A stretch of 64,000 bases of DNA from an uncultured Lentisphaerales bacterium (lineage in GTDB: Bacteria; Verrucomicrobiota; Lentisphaeria; JABSQK01; JAJFLO01): positions 2,139 through 66,138 of the forward strand of contig CAZTTH010000017.1 of the NCBI GenBank assembly GCA_964615975.1, in the 5' to 3' direction. Every line of letters starts with the position of its first letter. The stretch's first letter is position 1. The position numbers were made by a program, and so were the translations under genes. The notes beneath the pieces are model-generated. The model was not told the origin of the DNA, made no database searches, and saw nothing but the letters and a program-made list of their open reading frames with translations. Shown piece by piece: positions 59,084 to 64,000 of this stretch.

Positions 59084-60610
59084 TTATTGCCGATGCTTGT
59101 CATGCGGCGGCAAGCCGTTGAGGGGATGATCGGTATTTAACGGATGGTCATCCCTATTGGTCTCATGATTACCATGATGATGACCAGTAACGGCCGTCTG
59201 TCCTTCCCGGTACAACAGGCTCGGGAGACCACGAATCTGGAATTGACTGTCAAGGAGAAAATTCCCACGCACTGCTACCAGGTCACCTTCGTTGAGTCCG
59301 CTCAATACCGGATATGAATTGTCAGCGCGCGGACCGGTTTCAATCTCAACGGGGATGAATTTGCCCTTGCTTTTCTCGACATAAACGAGTTTACGCACTC
59401 CGCTGTCAAGAACCGCTGATACCGGCACTGCGAGTGGAAGTTGTTTGTTTGCTGACTTTAGTTCTCTGGGCGGGGCGGGAATTTGTATGAGTGTCATATT
59501 GCACGTTGGACACTCACCTGAATGTGGCAGCAGTATGAGCGGATGCATGGGACAACTCCATTGTCCTTCTATACCCGTGGGAGCGGGCTGGCCGTCCGCC
59601 AAAAGTTCGGCGCGAATAATGGCGCTGACGTACATCCCCGGTTTCAATTGACGCTTGGTGTTTAAGATATTAAGCAGCACTTTCACTGTTCTCGATCCCT
59701 CATCAAGCATTGGGCTGATGAACCAAACCCGGCCAGTAAATATCCGTCCGGGAATCGATTCTGATTTTACCTCGACTATTTGGCCGTATTGCACCCATGC
59801 CAGCTCGCTTTCATAGATATCGAGATAAACCCAGATCGACTCAAGATTCGCCAGTCGGTAGAGCATATCGCCTGGTTTCACCATGGCTTTTTCCACAATC
59901 ATTTTTTCCATGACTGTGCCTTGGATGGGGGAGAACAGGGTGATGCGGTCGCTGATCTTCTGGTCGCGCACGAGATCATCCACCTGTGCCTGGGTAAGTC
60001 CCCAAAGAAGAAGTTTGTGTTTGGCGGACTCAATCAGGCTGGGGTTACGCTGGCCCTCCAGTGCGATGAGAAGTTCCTGTTGCGCCACCAGGAGGTCGGG
60101 ACTATAAATTTCGACCAGATGGTCGCCTGAATTTACTTCTATGCCGGTGTAGTCCACGAATAACCGCTCAACATAACCTTCCACTCGTGAAGTGATGAGG
60201 GCGAGGGTCGTTTCGTTGTATTGTACTTTGCCAACCACACGAATCTCACGACTGAGTTTGCGTCGTTGGACCACGACGGTTTCGACACTGGCCATTGAGC
60301 GCGAGTAATCGGATAACTCCAACATCGGTATGGCAGATTCCGCAGAGTCACTGGTGGTGTTTGAAGCAGAGATGGGAACGAGTGGCATTGAACAGATGGG
60401 GCATGCGCCGGGTTGCGGCAGTCGGACCTGGGGATGCATTGAGCAGGTCCAAATTCGCGTGGTTGCTGCCGAGGAAGTGGTATTGGGGTTTTCCGCGGCA
60501 TGATTTAACCTCACCACAGTATCGTTGACGCTAATGAGTAACATCGCCATCATGATGAGAATAAATTTTTGTGGTGCATAATTAAGATTCATCATTAATT
60601 TTCCTTTCAA
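59084..60610 (-). CDS. cusB: RND membrane-fusion protein (CusB/CzcB family) with tandem N-terminal Cys/His metal-binding motifs
   Basis: 'WTCSMHPQVRLPQPGACPICSMPLV' and 'WSCPMHPLILLPHSGECPTCNMTLIQI', plus biotin-lipoyl-like and beta-barrel MFP regions. It overlaps the cusC-like gene by 4 bp. Confidence 0.75.
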   Translation of the reverse strand: MKGKLMMNLNYAPQKFILIMMAMLLISVNDTVVRLNHAAENPNTTSSAATTRIWTCSMHPQVRLPQPGACPICSMPLVPISASNTTSDSAESAIPMLELSDYSRSMASVETVVVQRRKLSREIRVVGKVQYNETTLALITSRVEGYVERLFVDYTGIEVNSGDHLVEIYSPDLLVAQQELLIALEGQRNPSLIESAKHKLLLWGLTQAQVDDLVRDQKISDRITLFSPIQGTVMEKMIVEKAMVKPGDMLYRLANLESIWVYLDIYESELAWVQYGQIVEVKSESIPGRIFTGRVWFISPMLDEGSRTVKVLLNILNTKRQLKPGMYVSAIIRAELLADGQPAPTGIEGQWSCPMHPLILLPHSGECPTCNMTLIQIPAPPRELKSANKQLPLAVPVSAVLDSGVRKLVYVEKSKGKFIPVEIETGPRADNSYPVLSGLNEGDLVAVRGNFLLDSQFQIRGLPSLLYREGQTAVTGHHHGNHETNRDDHPLNTDHPLNGLPPHDKHRQ

Positions 60611-61992
60611 GGGGTGAGATAGGGATGCAATATCGGTGCGCCGGCCGGCGGCATGCCAAGGATGAGTAGAGAGAGTTCGGCCAATGCCAGTTCTCGTTGG
60701 ATTCTTGCCTCGATCTCTGATAACTGAAACTCCAATAACGTCCGTTCAGCGTCCAGGACATTGAGAAAATCCACCTTGTTAGAGACATAACTGGATTGAG
60801 CAACTTCCAAAGACTGCCTGGCCATCGGCAAAAGTCGATCCGCAAGCAATCCCAAGTTACGGCTTGATTCACGATATATGAAGGACTTTTCCGCATAATC
60901 TACTGCCAGCGCGATTTGTTCCGCCGACAATCTTGCCTCGGTTGCCTTCTTGACAGCTTGAGCTGCCGCTATTTGAGCTGAAATTTTGTCCCGCCAAATC
61001 GGCAGTGTCATCCCAATATTGGGATTTATGACCATGGGTGACGGCTTCACGTTGGCGCTGAGACCAAGATTGAAATCCGGCACCCGTGCCTTGTATGTGA
61101 GCTGAAGCGCGGCATCGGCACGACGAACCTCCGCCTCCAATTCCCGCAGCCGTGGATTTCGTGTCAGCGCCGTGGCAAATAATCCTTCGGTTGTCATTTC
61201 AAGTGGAGTGGACTCAAATTGGCGCGGCAATGGCGGGGCAGGATGATCGGAGGACAGTCCCAATGCCGCTTTAAATTGCTCTAACAGGGGATTGCGGGAG
61301 TCTTCAAGGTTTTGGATTTCCGTGGTTATCTGTTCCAGTTCGATCTGTGCTCGCAGGACATCCTGCAAGGTCACTTTACCTACTTTGTTTTGCATCCGCG
61401 CCAATTTCTCGATTTCTTCGATCAGCCTCAGTGTTTCCCTGTATACACCCACCTTGGCATGGAGAAAGTAGAGACTGTAATACGCTTTTTTGAGTGTATA
61501 TGCAGTTTGCAAGACACTCATTTCGAATATGACATATTTTCCATCGCTCTCGGCAGTTGCGATGTTTGCTGCTGCTTTCAGTTTTCCAGGGCCGGGAAAA
61601 TCCATCATCAATCCTGGCATGAGCGACATTACCATGCTTGCAATATCTGCCGAAAAAGTCAGTCGTGGATCAGGCAGGGAGCGTTCCACCGCGATGCGTT
61701 GCACTGCTGCCGCCCAGTCATAATATGCGGCTTCTACCCCGGGTTGATTCAATATGGCATAGAGAAGATAATCACTTAATGGGGTATCGGATGTGAGTGT
61801 TGGCAGGGCCGGGCGCTGATTGTCTGGGCGATAGATTTTCGCGATCGTTTGTTGTTGTTCCAAAGCAGCGGTTTCAACCTTGGGACGAACCCCGACACAG
61901 CCGGATGAAAGTATGAACAAGGCGGCACTGCTGACTATCAGCTGTCGCCAGCTTCGTTTATGGTGTCGGATAGTCTTCATTATGCCATTCAC
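60607..61992 (-). CDS. cusC: TolC-family outer-membrane efflux protein (CusC-like)
   Basis: A candidate lipobox 'FILSSGCVGV' and two coiled-coil-rich repeats typical of OEP family proteins. Confidence 0.7.
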   Translation of the reverse strand: MNGIMKTIRHHKRSWRQLIVSSAALFILSSGCVGVRPKVETAALEQQQTIAKIYRPDNQRPALPTLTSDTPLSDYLLYAILNQPGVEAAYYDWAAAVQRIAVERSLPDPRLTFSADIASMVMSLMPGLMMDFPGPGKLKAAANIATAESDGKYVIFEMSVLQTAYTLKKAYYSLYFLHAKVGVYRETLRLIEEIEKLARMQNKVGKVTLQDVLRAQIELEQITTEIQNLEDSRNPLLEQFKAALGLSSDHPAPPLPRQFESTPLEMTTEGLFATALTRNPRLRELEAEVRRADAALQLTYKARVPDFNLGLSANVKPSPMVINPNIGMTLPIWRDKISAQIAAAQAVKKATEARLSAEQIALAVDYAEKSFIYRESSRNLGLLADRLLPMARQSLEVAQSSYVSNKVDFLNVLDAERTLLEFQLSEIEARIQRELALAELSLLILGMPPAGAPILHPYLTP

Positions 61993-62278
61993 TAATCATG
62001 GTATATTGCAATCCAATCTTGTGGGAGAGACAGTATACAGTCGGATTTTGCACACCGCCGTTCCAGCCAGGCTGGGAATCGAGCAATCTCTATCTAAAAC
62101 CTGATCGTCTTCAGTAAATCTAAAATCAAAATGTGATTATTTCTTATACCTAAGAGTTAGTCATAATAACACAAGAATTGGGCGTGATATATTGTGCTCC
62201 CTATCATCAATTTCCGATATATTTATTGGTTTTTTCCATTGCGCCTTCACAGCTTGGCACGAGAAAATGACATGGGGT

Positions 62279-62302
62279 TGCCTGTCGGTTGGCAGACAGG
62301 CA
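62279..62302. other. 8-bp-stem hairpin (TGCCTGTC-ggttggca-GACAGGCA) in a ~600 bp intergenic region
   Basis: A direct read of the inverted repeat at 62279-62286 / 62295-62302. Confidence 0.4.
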
Positions 62303-62609
62303 GACGGCTGAGCCGTGTTGAACTAGGTAATGGTATGATTTTCAAGTTAAATGTGAAACCATCATCATCGAATGTAGCACATCATAATCCGGAAGAGATA
62401 ATAAAAATTTAACTATTTAAGATTAATAAGGTTAACTTCTTTACAAGGGCTTAAACGCATCGACAAATCCCGCGAGCTCTTCTATTATAGGCTTATCCGA
62501 AATCGGACGATTGATATCTGTGGTCAATGGTGATCAAGGCACCAATATGATATCCCCAATTTGATGGATTGAGCGATGTTCATGCACTCGCTGGTAACTT
62601 TATAAGTTA

Positions 62610-63998
62610 TCAGGACTGATAAAACGCCTTATAGCCTTTATACGCCATGTAAATGTCTAATTTGCCGGCGGTTTCCCAGGGAGCATGCATGCTGAGCAGA
62701 CCGACGCCGCAATCGATGACATCCATTTCATAACGCGCCAGCATGAAGGCGATGGTGCCGCCGCCGCCCTGATCCACCTTGCCGATTTCACCGGTTTGCC
62801 AGAGCACACCGGCAGTGTCGAAAATCCGGCGCAATTCGCCGATGTATTCCGCGTGAGCATCGTTGGAACCGCTCTTGCCGCGTGAGCCGACATATTTGGT
62901 AAGAATCAGCCCATGATTCATTTTGGCCATATTATCATTGGGCGCGCTGACATCCGGGTAGTTGGGATCATGCAGGGCGTTAACATCGGCAGACAGCATT
63001 TTTGAGTTCTTCAAACAACGGCGCAATGCGATATCATTATAATTCTCAACTGCCAGGTTAAGCACTTCGGCAACTGCGTTTTCGAATAAATAACTGTACA
63101 TCCCGGTTGCGCCCACCGAACCGATTTCTTCCTTGTCAGTAAGTATGCACATGGCAGTATGATCGGGGGTTTTCTCCAACTCCAACATTGCCCGGATTGC
63201 AGTATAGGCACAGACCCGATCATCATGACCATAGCCCAGGATCATCGAGCGGTCGATGCCCAAATCCCGCGCCGGGCCAGCGGGGACTAATTCCAATTCG
63301 GCGCTGGTCAAATCCATTTCATCAATGCCATAGGTGTCATTCAATAGCTTCAAGGCAGCGAGCTTGACCTTATCCTTGATATCCTTGTCCTTAATCGGGA
63401 TACTGGCAAATAGGACATTAAGACCTTCGCCGGAGATACCATCGTTGAGCTTTTTCTCGCCCTGATCCTTGCCCAGATGCGGCAACAGGTCCGTGATCGA
63501 AAATACCGGATCGCCGGGGTCTTCACCAATCGAAATGGTGATGGTTTCACCGGTTTTTTTAATCACTACCCCATGCAATGCCAGGGGAATGGTAACCCAT
63601 TGATATTTTTTGATCCCGCCATAATAATGGGTATCCAGAAAGGCCATTCCGCCTTCTTCATAGAGCGGCCGGGGTTTTAAATCGAGACGGGGCGAATCGG
63701 TGTGACCGCCAATGATGCGCATGCCCTGGGGCAACGCATTTTTGCCGATATGGAATAATAAGAGCGTTTTGCCGGCACAACTGAGGTAGATTTTATCGCC
63801 CGATTTAAGTTTTTGTTGGGATTTGAGATAGGTTGTGATATTCTTGTATCCATGCTCTTCAGCCAATCTGAGCCCGGCATCGTGGACTTCTCTTTCGGTT
63901 TTGGCGGCGCTGATGAAGGCACTGTAATCGCGACAAAATGCATTGATTTTTTTGGCTTCCATTTCCTTGATGGCAAGCCAGCCATTTTCTGAAGTCAT
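62610..63998 (-). CDS. M18-family (aspartyl/apeA-like) aminopeptidase
   Basis: The 462 aa length, 'GHTDSPRLDLKP', 'ILGYGHDDRVCAYTA' (metal-binding HD/D motif) and 'LLSMHAPWE' resemble M18/M42 aminopeptidases. Confidence 0.55.
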   Translation of the reverse strand: MTSENGWLAIKEMEAKKINAFCRDYSAFISAAKTEREVHDAGLRLAEEHGYKNITTYLKSQQKLKSGDKIYLSCAGKTLLLFHIGKNALPQGMRIIGGHTDSPRLDLKPRPLYEEGGMAFLDTHYYGGIKKYQWVTIPLALHGVVIKKTGETITISIGEDPGDPVFSITDLLPHLGKDQGEKKLNDGISGEGLNVLFASIPIKDKDIKDKVKLAALKLLNDTYGIDEMDLTSAELELVPAGPARDLGIDRSMILGYGHDDRVCAYTAIRAMLELEKTPDHTAMCILTDKEEIGSVGATGMYSYLFENAVAEVLNLAVENYNDIALRRCLKNSKMLSADVNALHDPNYPDVSAPNDNMAKMNHGLILTKYVGSRGKSGSNDAHAEYIGELRRIFDTAGVLWQTGEIGKVDQGGGGTIAFMLARYEMDVIDCGVGLLSMHAPWETAGKLDIYMAYKGYKAFYQS

Positions 63999-64000
63999 CA

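Noticed and set aside
62194-62412. 72 aa ORF in the cusC-aminopeptidase intergenic region
   Set aside because: It has no RBS, no motif and odd composition. It is more likely non-coding, and it contains the hairpin noted above.
1-64000. I searched all intergenic regions, especially 5224-5422, 9545-9689, 12960-13182, 29539-29905, 35842-36136, 49037-49449 and 61993-62609, for a CRISPR repeat-spacer array
   Set aside because: I could find no regularly spaced direct repeats of 24-40 bp. The Cmr module therefore appears array-less within this window.

Overview
This 64 kb window reads as bacterial chromosome from a Gram-negative organism (it has TonB-dependent, TolC and RND outer-membrane machinery). 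GC is roughly 45-50% overall, with a visibly AT-richer block at about 13-19.6 kb. I found no rRNA, CRISPR array, transposase or integrase.

Gene content, 5' to 3':
- **1-6421, + strand:** a CRISPR type III-B effector module with no visible array. It comprises a cas10/cmr2 3' fragment entering from upstream, then cmr3, cmr4, cmr5, cmr6 and cmr1.
- **6467-9544, + strand:** a tripartite LplT (MFS) / acyltransferase / degenerate Aas-like fusion.
- **9690-19567, + strand:** a surface-glycan or sorting locus. It holds a small exosortase-like protein, a polytopic SEC-C-motif protein, a secreted hypothetical, pcm, a GtrB/DPM1-like GT2, and two tandem ~870-900 aa O-antigen-ligase(Wzy_C)+TPR paralogues.
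- **19611-24014, - strand:** an OMP beta-barrel, fumC and ilvD.
- **24062-29538, - strand:** a putative polyphosphate module (histidine phosphatase, ParA-like ATPase, CHAD protein, ppk1).
- **29906-31852, + strand:** a secreted coiled-coil / low-complexity protein.
- **31834-35841, - strand:** a 1335 aa adenylyl-cyclase / Ser-Thr-kinase / TM / WD40 protein.
- **36137-39073, - strand:** a beta-CASP MBL nuclease and a CNNM/CorC transporter.
- **39261-44609, - strand:** a minimal NRPS (A-T plus a discrete thioesterase) and a TonB-dependent receptor.
- **44624-52026:** a glycogen cluster with glgA, two different alpha-glucan phosphorylase types and a standalone CBM48.
- **52039-55143, + strand:** a 1034 aa secreted cyclophilin / LVIVD / Cna-B-like protein.
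- **55343-61992, - strand:** a cusCBA-like heavy-metal RND efflux operon.
- **62610-63998, - strand:** an M18-like aminopeptidase.

The items most worth a second look:
- The array-less Cmr module carries a GGDT (not GGDD) Cas10 cyclase motif and has no CARF effector in 58 kb.
- The Cmr6 and Cmr3 subunits are unusually long.
- The LplT-acyltransferase-pseudo-Aas fusion sits immediately 3' of cmr1.
- The exosortase-like / SEC-C / dual-ligase-TPR glycan locus.
- The ppk1-CHAD-ParA-phosphatase module.
- The cyclase-kinase-WD40 giant.

All calls rest on motifs recognised by eye in the supplied translations. No database search was run.
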